A stretch of DNA of 63,187 nt, counting the filler, from Chiloscyllium plagiosum (taxonomy: Eukaryota), in the NCBI RefSeq assembly GCF_004010195.1. It is 3 parts of one record of this genome, joined end to end, with 100 filler letters (N's around TTAATTAATTAA, not from the genome) between each part and the next. Parts side by side here need not be neighbours in the genome. Positions count along the whole stretch, not along the records: positions 1 to 28,400 come from NC_057711.1; 2 more parts are not named here. The stretch is one strand, 5' to 3'. Positions 1-12,949 of this stretch are shown here, piece by piece (the stretch's first letter is position 1; every line of letters begins with the position of its first letter). The notes beneath the pieces were generated by a model. It made no database searches, was not told the DNA's origin, and worked only from the letters and a program-made list of their open reading frames with translations. The position numbers and the translations under genes were made by a program.

Positions 1-185
1 ATGGAGGTGTATAGGGACTGGATGTCCATCATGAAGATAAGGCATTGGGGGCTGGGGAAGCAAAAATCATGGAGGAGATGGAGGGCGTTGGTGGTGTGCC
101 GAACATAGGTGGGGAGTTCTTGGACTAAGGGGGACAGGACAGTGTCGAGGTATGCAGATATGAGTTAGGTGGGGCAGGAGCAGAC
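1..185 (-). mobile_element. Penelope-like element, reverse transcriptase fragment (runs off window start)
   Basis: Minus strand translates to CSCPT*LISAYLDTVLSPLVQELPTYVRHTTNALHLLHDFCFPSPQCLIFMMDIQSLYTS, the PLE RT segment ending in the D(I/V)xSLYT motif. Confidence 0.8.
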
Positions 186-255
186 AAGGGAGGTGCAGTG
201 GTAGTTTGGCGCACCGATCTTTACACCGCTGAAGCTAGATGCCAACTTGCCGGAC

Positions 256-1623
256 CTCGCTGATGGGCAAGTTGTTGGAGGGAATCCTGAGGGACAGGAC
301 ATACATGTATTTGGAAAGGCAAGAACGGATTAGAGATAGTCAACATGGCTTTGTGAATGGGAAATCATGTCTCACAAACTTGATTGAGTTTTTTGAGGAA
401 GTAACAAAGAGGATTGATGAGGGCAGAGCAGTAGATGTGATCTATATGGACTTCAGTAAGGCGTTCGACAAGGTTCCCCATGGGAGACTGATTAGCAAGG
501 TTAGATCTCATGGAATACAGAGAGAACTAGCCAGTTTTGGATACAGAACTGGCTCAAAGGTAGAAGACAGAGGGTGGTGGTGGAGGGTAGATTTTCAGAC
601 TGGAGGCCTATGACCAGTGGAGTACCACAAGGATCGGTGCTGGGTCCTCTACTTTTTGTCATATACATAAATGATTTTGATGAGAGCATAAGAGGTACAG
701 TTAGTAAGTTTGCAGATAATACCAAAATTGAAGGTGTATTGGACAGCAAAGAGGGTTACTTCACATTAAAACAGGATCTTGACCAGATGGGCCAATGGGC
801 AGAGAAGTGGCAGATGGAGTTTAATTCAGATAAATGTGAGGTGCTGCATTTTGGGAAAGTGAATTTCTGCAGGAGGTACACACTTAATGGTAAGGTCCTA
901 GGGAGTGTTACTGAAAAAAAGAGACCTTGGAATGCAGGTTCATAGCTCCTTGAAAGTAGACTCACAGGTAGATAGGATAGTGAAAGTGGCGTTTAATATG
1001 CTTTCTTTTATTGTTCAGAGTATTGAGTACAGAAGTTGGGAGGTCATGTTGCAGCTGTGCAGGACATTAGTTAGGCCACTGTTGGAATTTTGCATGCAAT
1101 TCTGGTCTCCTTCCTATCGGAAAGATGTTGTGAAACTTGAAAGGTTCAGATAAGATTTACAAGAATGTTGCCATGATCAGAAGATTTGAGCTACAGGTAG
1201 AGGCGGAACAGGCTGGCTGTTTTCCCTGGAGCATTGGAGGCTGAGGGGTGACCTTATAGAGATTTACAAAATTATGAGGGGCATGGATAGGGTAAATAGA
1301 CAAAATCTTTTCCCTGGGGTTAGGGAGTCCAGAACTAGAGGACATAGGTTTAGGGTGAGAGGGGAAAGATATGAAAGAGACCTAAGGGGCAACTTTTTCA
1401 CAAGGAGGGTGGTACGTGTATGGAATGAGCTGCCAAAGGAAGTGGTGGAGGCTGGTACAATTGCAACATTTAAGAGGGATTTAGATGGGTATATGAATAG
1501 GAGGGGTTTGGAGGGATATGGGCCGGGTGCTGGCAGGTGGGATTAGATTGGGTTGGGATATCTGGTCGGCATGGACGGGTTGGACTGAGGGTCTGTTTCC
1601 ATGCTGTACATCTTTATGACTCT
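256..1623 (+). mobile_element. 5'-truncated CR1-type LINE (HER1-like): ORF2 RT and 3' end, frameshifted
   Basis: ORFs 239-613, 574-945, 905-1153 and 1274-1546 carry QHGF..GKSCLTNL, DFSKAFDKVPH, GVPQGSVLGPLLF, KFAD and RVVRVWNELP; the copy ends in a ...tatgactcta tail. Confidence 0.93.
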
Positions 1624-3679
1624 AAAAACAGTAAAGAGCATCAGTTAGCTTTGCAATGGCTCAGCTTTAATTCTGTACTAATGGCCCAATTCAGGGGCTG
1701 GTGCAAGAGCTGGATAATTGTGACATTGACATATAGGGTATTTTGCCGAGAGGTTTTGTCCTACTAAGCTGAGCTTTCTATATGTATGCTGATGAATTTC
1801 AGTTCTCCCTTATCTTTCTTGAATCTTCTGCAGTCAAATGTGATCAGGCTCATTCAACATTCAAAATATTGGGAAGAGTGAAGCCACAATTTTTACCCAC
1901 GAGCAACTAATGGGCTACCAACTCCAAGTTGTCTGCCTGTCAACTGTCCAAGACTGAACCAGATCGCTCATTGACTTCTGATCCAGAAACTTGTTTCTTA
2001 CCATGTATTTGTGCCATATCAATGCCATATCTTCCAACTCTTTCCATCAACTTATCTGCCATAACAGTCTGCATCTATGCCTTTGTTACTTTTGACTTTT
2101 CTTCATTCACCTTCCTAAACTTGAACCCATTCAAATCTGTGCAACCCTCAACATTCATATCAAGTCCTCTTCTCACCACTCTGTACTTACAGACGGACAT
2201 CATTCCTCATTTGAAAAATTGACATTCCCAGTTCTTACGAGTCCTCACACCACCTTCGCCGCCACCTCTACCTTCCCCTCCCCCCTCCCCAAAAACAACT
2301 TTGTTTGGAACTACAACCCTTGCTTTGACAAGGCACATCCCTTTATTTTAATCATATCACTACTGGCAACCAAACCTTCAGCTACCTGCTCTGGAATTCC
2401 CCGTTTCACCTTTCTTTCTGCAAATCACTTAAGACCTATCTCCAGTTAATATTCAAAGTTTTGTTCAAATATTTCTAAATATGGTCCAGAGTTAAACTTT
2501 TTGGATTACATTAAAAGCTGTTTTATAAATACAGGTAGTTGTACTACATTGGCTGCCTATTTGGCACTTTAACATTTATTGCTCAAATCCCACTCACTCT
2601 TGAATGTAACCCATCCAGGGATATAGATAACATATCAACAAATAAGTGGGCACATGAGTATCATAAATACACTGATGCTACAAAACAAGTCAAACAAACT
2701 ATACTTACAACAAATTCAAGTGTCAGCTAAGTAGGGTAATATTGTCAGCAACTTAACCATGGTTTTCCTTTTAAAAAAGGAACTAAAAGCTAACACCAAG
2801 CTTTCAGTGTAATTCAAATGTCGTCTAATTTCAAATAATAGCTCTGATTTTAACTACTATCTTTTTGTGACCCAACCACTTGTTTTCATTAAACATTCAA
2901 TGTTGAAACTTTCTTCTGCCAGGGCAAAGATGGTTTTCTTTTGTTAATCATAAAAAGCGAGTCATCAGGCTGAGTTAACAAGCACTCAGTTTAAGCTAAA
3001 CACAAAGGTCTCACTTGAAAACTGCTCATCCTCTGATCCTCGCACCTATAAGGAGGCTTTTGTTGAACAATAACTCATTGCATTATCTCTGGAGATTCCC
3101 GGACAAATCCACCTACTCAAGTGTTTGATAAATCCTGTGATCCCTTTAGATTTCAAACTGAAGTGGATTAAATCTGTCAAAGTATCACTAGATTTTTAAA
3201 TGCTTACAATTTATTACATACGCAGTACAACTATAAAAATAGCATTTCTACATTTGGCTGTGGTGTGTAGTTCCTGATAAAAATGCATAAATATAATTGC
3301 AATCATGTTCTCATTGAATTAATCTATTGGATACTTTGATGTATTGAAAAAAAAATTCAATGATTGGGTCTGGGTTAAAATAAGCTGTTTATATGGGAGA
3401 ATATTTGGTCACTGGCAGCAAGTCTTACAACCATGTCAACAGAAATCAAACCCCTTAGAAATTCAGGGAGGATGCCAGCTAAGAATTTTCAATGTCTCAA
3501 CTCAATGGTATCCAACATGACAGAGTCTATAGAGGAAATCTTTACCTGTAAAAGCAAACTATAAACAAGTTAAATTAAAAACAGAGCTAATATTGCATTG
3601 GATAACAAAAAAACCTCAGTAAGTTCACCATAAAGGAGCGAAGAGGCACTAGAATCTCTCCATGGGCACTATATTTTAA

Positions 3680-3900
3680 AACAGAGTTAAGGAGAAACTT
3701 CAGCCAAAAAGTGGTGAATCTATGGAATTCATTGCCACAGAAGGGTGTGGAGGCCAATTATTGAGTATATTTAAGACTGAGGTGGATAGCTTCTTGAGGG
3801 TCAAGAGGTTCAAGGGTTAGGGGGAGAAATCAGGAGAATGGAGTTGAGAAACTTAGCAGCCATGACTGAATGGCCTAATTTCTGCTCCTATGTCTTATAT
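3680..3900 (+). mobile_element. CR1-type LINE 3' end fragment
   Basis: gtggtgaatctatggaattcattgccacag ... ctcctatgtcttat resembles the 3' end of the copy at 12950-13945. Confidence 0.7.
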
Positions 3901-4779
3901 TTCTGATGGACAGAGACAGATTAAGCTGTACTCAAAGAACAAGGAATTCAAATAAAATTAGCATCACCCCGCCCCAAACCCTTGCATATGTTACACTAAG
4001 TGCATAGGCAGCATGGACAAGAAACAGTGGTTAGCAGCACTTGCAGGAATGTTTGGTCATCAGCAATTGAGAACAGGTTGCAAATTTACAAGATCCAAGA
4101 ACGTGTGGAAAGAATGCCTTTATACTTCAGAATTTCAACATGATAGTTATACTTCTAACAAAAGCATTCTCAAAGACAGTTGAGCAACATAGCACTGAAT
4201 AAAGACTGTTCTCAAACCTATGTAATTGACCGGAGTACATTGAAGTAAGTTTACCCATGTAATAGGTGAACATTGTTCTAAAACTATTCTGTTTAAGCTT
4301 TGTGCAGATCAGATGGACAAGGCTCAGTTCTATTTCATCTACGATTATAGGTTTAGGTCTCTGGAGAAGGGTTCAAATGTACTGCGGGTACACAAAATCT
4401 CACCATCAATTCAAGGCTGGACAGTTTTCATAATTCTTACTAAGAACTTTGCATTATTTACTGTTTACCTCTACTCACCAAAATCTGATCTTCACGAATT
4501 ATGACATTAAACTCAAACAAAAAAATGCAAAAATTCCTCGTTCAGTATCATAACAGGCATGAGGATAGAGTTAAAGAAGCCACAGATCTTTTTACAGAAA
4601 GTGATCATTTTAGCCCACAAAACCAAAGGTAGCATGATAATGAGCAAGTTGGACTTTTTAAATCCATAGTTTCAAAAAAACCTTGAAAATCCTCGAAGGA
4701 TACCCAAGTTTTGTTGCACCCTCCCTTTTCCCAATCTATTGCTGTTCAGATAATCATCCATCTGTTTTTACTACCAGTG

Positions 4780-5820
4780 TGGATAACCTGTCAATTATCC
4801 ACATTATATTAATCTGCCATGCATTTGCCCAATCATTGAACCTGTCCAAAATTACCAAGACATCTTTGTCGCAGCCTCAGTTTACCCTCCCATCCAATTC
4901 TCGGTCATCTGGAAAACTTGAGATATGACATTTAGTTCTTTCATCTAAATCACTTGCACTTGCTAATCTCTTATGAAAAGGACCTTGTTGAAAGTCTTCT
5001 GAAAGTCCAAGTTATCATGTACTGGGTCCCCCTTATCAACGTTAGAGTCACATCCTCAAAAGATTCCAGGAGGTTTGTCAAGCATAATTTCCCCTTTGGT
5101 AAATCCAGGCTGACTTAGTCCAATCCTGAGACTAAGTTCTCACTATTAAAGCTTTCATGATTGATCTTATTTTTGCTCGTGATTTCAGTTAAAACCAATC
5201 TATAATTCATCATCTTTTTCCCTACTTCCCTTTTTTTTCTATAAAGGGAAAATCACAGGAGCTACCCTCCAATACATAGCAATTGTTCCAGACTCTAAAA
5301 TCTGGAAAGATGACAACATATTATTTCTAGGACCATTTTCTCAAGTACTCTGGGATGTGGATTTTCAGGTCCTTAGGATTTCTCAGCTTTTAATCCAATC
5401 AATTTCCCCAACACTATTTTCCTATTAATACTGACTTCTTTCAGATCCTCTCTAAGTGGATCCATTGTTTTCCAACATTTTCAGGACATCTGTGCCCGCC
5501 TTTGGGAAAGCAGAACCAAAATGTATTTAAACGGTCAGACAATTTTCTTCACCATTTCAGACAGCAAGGGACCCAACATTTGTTTTCATTAATATTTTTC
5601 TTCACATACCAATAGAAGCTTTTACAAGTCAGTGTTCCCCACAAGCTCACTCTCGCACTCTATTTCCCCACTTCCCTCTTAATCCTTTCATTCTCCTTTA
5701 TTGAAATCCGAACTTCAATCCTCAGGTCTGCTGTTTCTATTTAGTCAAGATGTCAGCCCCTTCCCTTGGAGATCATACTGTACCCAATTTCCCTTAATAG
5801 GTGACAGTTGGGCCACTTTT
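4780..5820 (-). mobile_element. Decayed CR1-type LINE ORF2 fragments
   Basis: Reverse-strand remnants of DFQKxFxKV (accttgttgaaagtcttctgaaagtccaag) and GKxCLTNLL (aggtttgtcaagcataatttccc). Confidence 0.6.
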
Positions 5821-5839
5821 TTTCTGGTTTTATTTTTGC

Positions 5840-6060
5840 GGGGAGAAAGTAAGGACTGCAGATACTGGAGGTCAGAGTCAAAAAGTATGGCACTAGCAAA
5901 GCATAGCTGGTCAGGCAGCATTCAAGGAGTAGGAGAGTCAATGTCTCGAACATAAGCTCTTCATCAGGATTGTGAAGAGGTTATGCTTGAAACGTCGACT
6001 CTCCTGCTCCTGAGATGCTGCCTGGCTGGCTGTGCTTTTCCAGCGCCACACATTGAGACA
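5840..6060. mobile_element. Palindromic Penelope-pLTR-derived mini-element with two inverted, decayed hammerhead motifs
   Basis: 16-bp target site duplication ctggttttatttttgc at 5824-5839 and 6061-6076; inverted arms around the centre cttcatcaggattgtgaag. Confidence 0.8.
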
Positions 6061-6974
6061 CTGGTTTTATTTTTGCTCCAGTCAGGAATAAACGAAAGGC
6101 CTATACCACAAGCATTGATTTGCAAGTGACTACTTTACAAATGGTGAAGAATAAGCAATTATCCATTTGTTTAAATTTACTTAATCAGGGCACAGAAATT
6201 GTTTCCATTTCAATAACAGATACAGTATATGCAAATAATATTGGATTTGGTGTCAGAATTTTGTAATTACTAACAGAAATAGCAGTTTAAAATTCATGGA
6301 ACACAACTCTGGATACGAAAATGGTTAAGTTATTTAGGAATTACAAGATGCACATCCTGCATAGGTAATCAGGAAATGGAAAGCTTTAAATAGGTGAAAT
6401 AATTAAAGGTAGATTAAAATTTTGATGCCATACATTGTTTCATTTAATTGGTTTTGAGGTATTTTAGGTGTAGAGGTGTTTAGGTGTTGGCTTCAGTCCA
6501 TTTTGGATTATCAGAAGTTAATGTGGAAAATGACTCAAATTAGAGCTCAACCTCATTACCAAGGGGCTCTTTCCCCCACTAAAAAAAAGTGCAAGTTTTT
6601 TCCATCCCCACTTGACCAGAAAATAAATTTCCAGAATCTATACTAGGTCCAAGACGATATACCATATCAGATAAAATCATTAACAAGCCATACAAACACT
6701 ACACATCTTTTTTCATTGGGATTGGGATCAGGAGGGTGCAGGACGAAAACAGAGGCATTTTGTTTTAAAAAAAAGTTATACATGGGAACTGCTGACTGGC
6801 CACAATTTATTAGTTACCCTTGACAGAGTGGTGAGCTGCCTTCTTGAATTATTGCTGTCCATGTGCTGTAGGTAGACCCACAATGCCCAATGGGAATTCC
6901 AGCATTTTAATTAAGACACAAAGAATGGTGATATATTTGCAGGTCAGGATGGTCAGTGGCCTGGCATACCCATA

Positions 6975-8325
6975 AGAGGTAGGAGCAAAATTAGGCCATT
7001 TTGCCCATTGAGCAGCTTTGCCATTCAATCATGGCTAGATCTCAAGCTCCCCATAATACTTGATCCCCATACCAATCAAGAACATCCATCTCAATGACTT
7101 GGCCTCCACAGCCTATGCAATGAATTCCACAGATTAACCACCCCTAGATAAAGAAATTCCTGAAGTCTATTCTAAAGGGTCATCCCTTAACAGAGGCTGT
7201 GTCCTCAGGTTCTAGTCTCTTCTACTAGAGGAAACATCTTTCCCACTTCCATTCCATCCAGGCCTGAGGGTTCTTTAAGTTTCAATCCCATCATTCTAAA
7301 CTTCAGTACAGACCACGTCTTCACTCCTTATATGAGCCCTTCAACCCTGGGATTATTGTAAAGCACGTCTGGACTTCCCTCCAACACCAGCATATCCTAC
7401 CTTAGATATGGGGCCCAAAACTGTCCAATACTCCAAATATAGTCTGACCTGAGCCTTGTACTGCGAGTCAGGTTTATCTGATAGTGTAATTGAACCCTCT
7501 TTAAAAGGAATGCTAACATTGTACTCTCCTTCCTAACCACGAAATGAACCTGCACATTAACCTAGGGAATCCTGAACTAGGACTCCCAAGTCCTTTTGTG
7601 CTTCAGATTTCCAATGCATTTCCCTGCTTAAAAGCTAGTCCATACCTCTATTCTTACCTCATTTCCCTGCATCATATTCCATTTGCCATTACTTTGCCAA
7701 CTCTCCTCTATTGTCCAAGTCCTTTTGTAGCTCCTCCTCCCCCCCCACCCCACCGTTTCAACACTTTTGTTCTTCTGCCTGTCATGTTTGCTGATGACAA
7801 TGTTCCCAGCTCCTTTCTCCAGATTGTTAATGTCTAGCACAAATAGTTGTGGTCTTAAAACAGACCTTCAGAACTCCACTAGTCATCTCCACGAGCTGCC
7901 ATCTTGAAAAAGACCTATTTTTCCCTGCACTCTGGCTGACAGACAAAAAACAAGCAATCTTCTGTCCATGCCAGTATGTTTCCCCAACATGGGCTTTTAA
8001 TTCATTAAGCAGGCTCCTATACAGCATCTTGTCAAAGATCTTCTGATAATCCAAGTAGATTACATCCACTGGCTCTCCTTTACCCAGCTTGCATGTTACC
8101 TCAAATGAATTCTAACAGATTTGTCAGGCACAATCTTCCCTTGACAACGCTGTGCTGATTCCATCCTATTTTACTAGGCACTTCCAAGTATTTGACAATT
8201 TTGTACTAAATAACTGATTCAAAAATCTTACCAATGCCAGGCTAACTGGCCTATAGTTTCCTGTCTTCTGCTTCCCTCCCTTCATAAAGAGGGGTATTAT
8301 ATTAGCCATTTTCCAGTCCTCTGGT
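6975..8325 (-). mobile_element. Decayed CR1-type LINE nested in the older LINE
   Basis: ORF 7827-8069 MDVIYLDYQKIFDKM; YRPVSL remnant (ggctaactggcctatagtttcc); CR1-type 3' end at ~6975-7050. Confidence 0.75.
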
Positions 8326-10099
8326 ATTTATTCTCCTTGTAGATGGAAGTGGCGGCAGGTTTGAAGGATCTTTGTAAGAATCTTTGGTGAATTTATGCTG
8401 CTTCTACAAGATACATTACAGAGTGTCCTATAGGGCAGTAGTGATGGACTGAGCAAGCACTTGTAGATGTGGCACAAATCAAGCAGGCTGCTTTGTCCTC
8501 AATAGTGTCAAGCTTGTGTGTTGTCAAAGATGCATCCATCCAGGCAAGTGCAGAGCATTCCATCATACTCCTGACTTGTGCCTTGTAGATAGTAGGCAGG
8601 ATTTGGAGAGTTAGGGGAGTTACTCAGCACAGTATTCCTAGGGCTTTCGCAACCACTTTGTGTGGAGTCCAGTTGAGTTTCTGGTCAATGGTGATCCTAA
8701 GGATGTTGATATGGGGAATTCAGTGATGATAACACCACTGAAGATCAAGGGTGGTGGTTAGATTGCCATTTATTGAAGATGGCCATTGCCTGACACGTGT
8801 GCCACTTGTCATCCCAACCCTAGATACTGTCCAGATCTTGCTGTATTTGAAAAAAGGAACTGTTTCGGTATCATAGTATTCACAAGTGGTACAAATAACA
8901 TTGGCTGCACAACATCCCCACTTTTGTCTTTATGGCAGAAGGATGTTCATTGATGAAGCAGCCAAAGATAGTTAGGCTGATGAACACCTGCAATTATGTC
9001 CTACAGCTGAGATGACAGACTAAAAACTACCCTCCTATGAGCTAAGTATGACTCCAACCTGCAGTTTGCCCCAATACCCAGTGATTCTAGTTCTACTAGA
9101 GCTCCTTGATGCCACGCTCATTCAATGTAGCCTTGATGTCAAGGGCTGTCACTCGCACCTCACCTCGGGAATTCAACTCTTTTCTCCATGCTTGAACCAA
9201 GACTGTAAAGTAGTCAGGAGTTGAGTAGCCCTGGCAAAATCCAAACTGGGTATCAGTGAGGTTATTGCTCAGATGCTACTTAATAATACTGTTGATGATA
9301 TCTTAGGTCACTTCATTGATGATAGAGTGAACTGATGGGGAGCTAATTGGTCATATTGTGTTGGTCCTGTACAAGACATATCTGGGTAGATTTCTACACT
9401 GTCAGGTAGATGCCAGTGTTCTGGAGTGCAAGTATTTGGTATTATTACTGGAATATTGTCAGGACCCATTGCCTTTGCAGGATCTGTAACTCCAAGCATT
9501 TCTGATCACATGGAGTGAATTGAATTGGCTGAAGATTGGTATCTGTGATGCTGGGGATCACTGGAGGTGGCATGATACATCATCTACCTGGGCTCTTCTG
9601 TCTAAAAAGATTGCACCAAGTGCTTCATCTTATCTTTTGCAATGATAGTTGGCCTCTTCAATCATTCAGGATAGGGTTAATTGTGGAGTCTACACCTCCA
9701 GTGAGTTGTTCAATTGTCCATAACCATTCCTGACTGGATGCAGCAGGATGACAGAGCTTAGATCTGATCTATTGGTAGTGGTATTTCTCAATTCCATTTA
9801 TCACTGTAGTACTGTTGTTTGGTGGCTTCACTAGGTTGACACCCCATCTTCAGGTATGCCTGGTGCTGCTCCTGGCATACCCTCCTGCACTCTCCACTGA
9901 ATGAGGATTAATCTCCAGGCTTAATGGTAATGACAGTGGGGTATATGCTGGGCCATGAAATTACAGATTGCGCTCAAGTACAATTCTGCTACTAGTAGCT
10001 CACAGCATGTCATGGATGCCCAGTCCTAAATTACTCAATTTGTTCAAAGTCTGTCCCATTAAGCACAGTGATGGTGCCACAGAACATGTAGGGTATTCT

Positions 10100-10690
10100 C
10101 GATAACTCTTCAGAGCTTAAGTGAAGTGTGGAGGGGACAGCATTTATGTTTAGTTTGGGAGAGGTGGGAGTAATTGGTGCAGGGTGCTGATGGAGAAAAG
10201 ATGTTGATAGTTCAGATTAAGTGTTCAGATTGTGAGAATGGCACAATCGCGTGTCTCATGCCAGACTTGAAAGAATAGTAAGTGGAATGAAAGGGGGAAG
10301 GGGAGGATATGATAAGCTAAAAAAGAAAAATGAAATGGGAATTGGTTGACAATGTAAAAAGGTATTGAACCTCACATTAGCGCCAGAAGAATGTAAAGTG
10401 CCTAGTCTGAAAAGATGTTGTTCCTCCAGTTTGTGCTGTTTCACTGGAACACTGCAGCATGCCAAGGGCAGACAAGTGCACATTAAAATGACCAGCTACT
10501 GGAAGGTCGGGGTCCTGTTTGCATGCACACCACAGCCATTCTGCAAAGTGGTCACCCAGTCTGTATCTGGTTTCTCCAGTGTAGAGGAGGCCACATTGGG
10601 AGCAGTGTATACAAAAGATTGGAGGAGGTACAAGTGAAATGCTGCTTTACGTGGAGAGCCAGTTTAGACCCTTGGATGGTGAACATGTGA
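10100..10690 (-). mobile_element. Penelope-like element 3' fragment (GIY-YIG C-terminal part)
   Basis: Minus-strand CSQCGLLYTGETRYRLGDHFAE and KLEEQHLFRLGTL; similar to 25150-25430. Confidence 0.75.
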
Positions 10691-10844
10691 AAATGGAACT
10701 TTGTCTCCACAAGGACTGTGCAATGTTCACTGTTACCAATAAGGTCACGGACAGATGCATCTGCAGCTGGCAGATTGGCAAGGATGACGTTAATTGTTTT
10801 TCCCTCATTAGTTCCCTAACCACCTGCCACATCATGGAAAGTTA

Positions 10845-11320
10845 AAAATAAGTTGTCAAAGCTCAGCAGTTCTGACAGCAGTTGTGGAGAGAAGTCAGTT
10901 AACTTTTCAGGTTGAGCAACCCTTCCTTAGAGCTGGTAGTAGTGAGAAAAAAGTTGGACCTTACCCTACCCCACATACCAGGTCTTGTTCATCACTTGGT
11001 CTGCTATTACACACAACCCATTGTTAACCACTAATTATCCCCATTAATAGCTATTTATCCTCCCAAGCTGATAGTTATCCTCTCCTTTGTCTGTCCAACT
11101 GTTCTTCTCTCTTTGGGGTCTATCCCCAGCTATTGTTTATTCTTACCCTGCTCCCTCTACCTTATCTTCTGCATAAAAACCAACTTTTTCTGAGCTGCCA
11201 TCAATTCTGGAGAGCACTTGCTGGGCCTGAAATGTTAGCTCTGCTTTCTCTCCACAGATACTGCCAGACTTGCTGAGCGTTTCCAACAGTTTGTCGTTTC
11301 TGATTTCCAGCATCCAGAGT
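10845..11320. mobile_element. Older Penelope pLTR remnants in inverted arrangement
   Basis: The motif ctctccacagat(g/a)ctgccagact...gctgag at ~11250-11280 has an inverted, decayed counterpart at ~10860-10895. Confidence 0.55.
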
Positions 11321-11423
11321 TCTTTCAGTTTAAAATAAATTGTCAATATTGGACACAAGATCAAAAAAAAAAATCTTCAAAAAGCAAGTTCTTCAATTTC
11401 ACTGCAATGGAAAAAAATCTTAC

Positions 11424-11562
11424 CTTCAGTGCAAGCAAGTCTTTGTCCAAACTATGGCCAATCAAAATGGTGTCAGCACTGAACATGGTCAGTAATGCCG
11501 AATGAACATCAGAACGAGTTGTTTTTGCATTCATCACGTCCTCTCGAGTCACACCAGAAAAC
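11424..11562 (-). CDS. REXO1-like exonuclease exon (ExoII motif)
   Basis: ag/gt flanks, 139 nt, phase 2 to 0; (R)[46 protein letters not shown] matches recalled REXO1 RFSGVT...[21 protein letters not shown]. Confidence 0.93.
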
Positions 11563-12618
11563 CTAGTTTCAAAATTTAAGACTGATCAGAAACAATTATA
11601 AACAGCCAATTGTTAACCAAAATGTACATGTTTGTTTTGATAGGGTGGGGGAGCAAATTGCAAGATCGGATGAGCTTTTAATTACATAATTTTAATGAAG
11701 TTATTTACAAAGGATTTATTATTTCATTAAAATATGGCTGTTCCTTCAGTATTGTGAAGTGTTACTAATTAATGCAAAAAATCAACCAAGTTTGAGTATA
11801 AATACATAAAACTTACTGGAGAGAGACAGGTTACCAGAGATTTCTGTTCCAAACAATTGAGCAATGTCATTTGTAGACTTCCACGCTAAGAGATACCAGA
11901 TACATAGGCTGTATGCCCTGGTGATTGACTGATCAAAACAGCAGCCTTTGCTTCATCCTATCAGGCTGAGTACAAACTGTACTAAATCAGCCTACACTTG
12001 CAAACCCAAATCCTAAAACATATTTCCTTCATCAAGCAGCACTCAACCACTGTGTGCCAATAGCTACATTAATCACCAATTTAAAGATGATCAGTTGAGC
12101 TCACAATATGGCTTAATTAAGCTTGCTAGGAATAATGTACATTCCTTTATGAGGATTTCTTCTGTTCTGTCTAAATAAAGAAATTCATTCAAGCCTGTAA
12201 TTATTTTTGCATTATCCAGGAACTGGGAACTACTTATTCCAAGGCAATACCTTGGCCAGAGTCAATGGCTGGCTAATTAGCATCCTTTTCTCCTTTGGTA
12301 TAAAAGTTGTAATGATGGTTTGAAATTTAGCTTCTTTGTATTTAGCCTGATGAGCAAAAGATGAGAAATCTTTGGCAACATGTTTCTCCTAGCAGCAATA
12401 TTGAAGTTCTATGCTACAAAGCAACATTTTGAATACGTTATTTCATTCTTTTGATTTGAAAATAATTTTATTCTCATTCAACTCCATTCTTCCAGCGCAC
12501 TTTTGGGATCAATGTTGGCTTTTTAATAAGTTAAAATGCAATTAATCTGGCAACGTTTGGGTAGTTATTTCATCTATTAAAAGATGAATAGAAGTAATAT
12601 ACACAAATGATTACTTAC

Positions 12619-12734
12619 CTAGTGTTGAAATCAATCACTTCATTGTCAGGTTTAACAAACACATCATAAACCACTTCAAGATTGGCACTGATCACACTTA
12701 CATGAGAAAGTGCTCCTCCTTGCTTAGTGTAGCA
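12619..12734 (-). CDS. REXO1-like exonuclease exon
   Basis: ag/gtaagt flanks, 116 nt, phase 0 to 2; CYTKQGGALSHVSVISANLEVVYDVFVKPDNEVIDFNTR matches REXO1 VVYDTFVKPDNEIVDYNTR. Confidence 0.93.
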
Positions 12735-12949
12735 CTAGAATTGGAAAGAGTGGTATTCAACTTTTCCAGCAAGATCAGAGTTCAACCAACACTTCTATTC
12801 ATTTCAAGATCAACTATCTTTAAAAAGCACGAACAGGAACAGACCATTCAGCCCCTCCCATTCAAATACAATCATGGATAATTCAACATTCTTCACATTT
12901 TCTTGTCCTTTCCCCATAACCCACAACTCCACTACTGATCAAGAATCAA

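Larger units (their letters stand above)
6770..10835 (-). mobile_element. Old LINE of a second family (RT remnants), interrupted by a CR1 copy and a Penelope fragment
   Basis: ORF 9308-9499 contains KAMGPDNIP; the same family recurs at 14075-16930, 27890-28320, 21700-22210 and 53310-53655. Confidence 0.7.
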
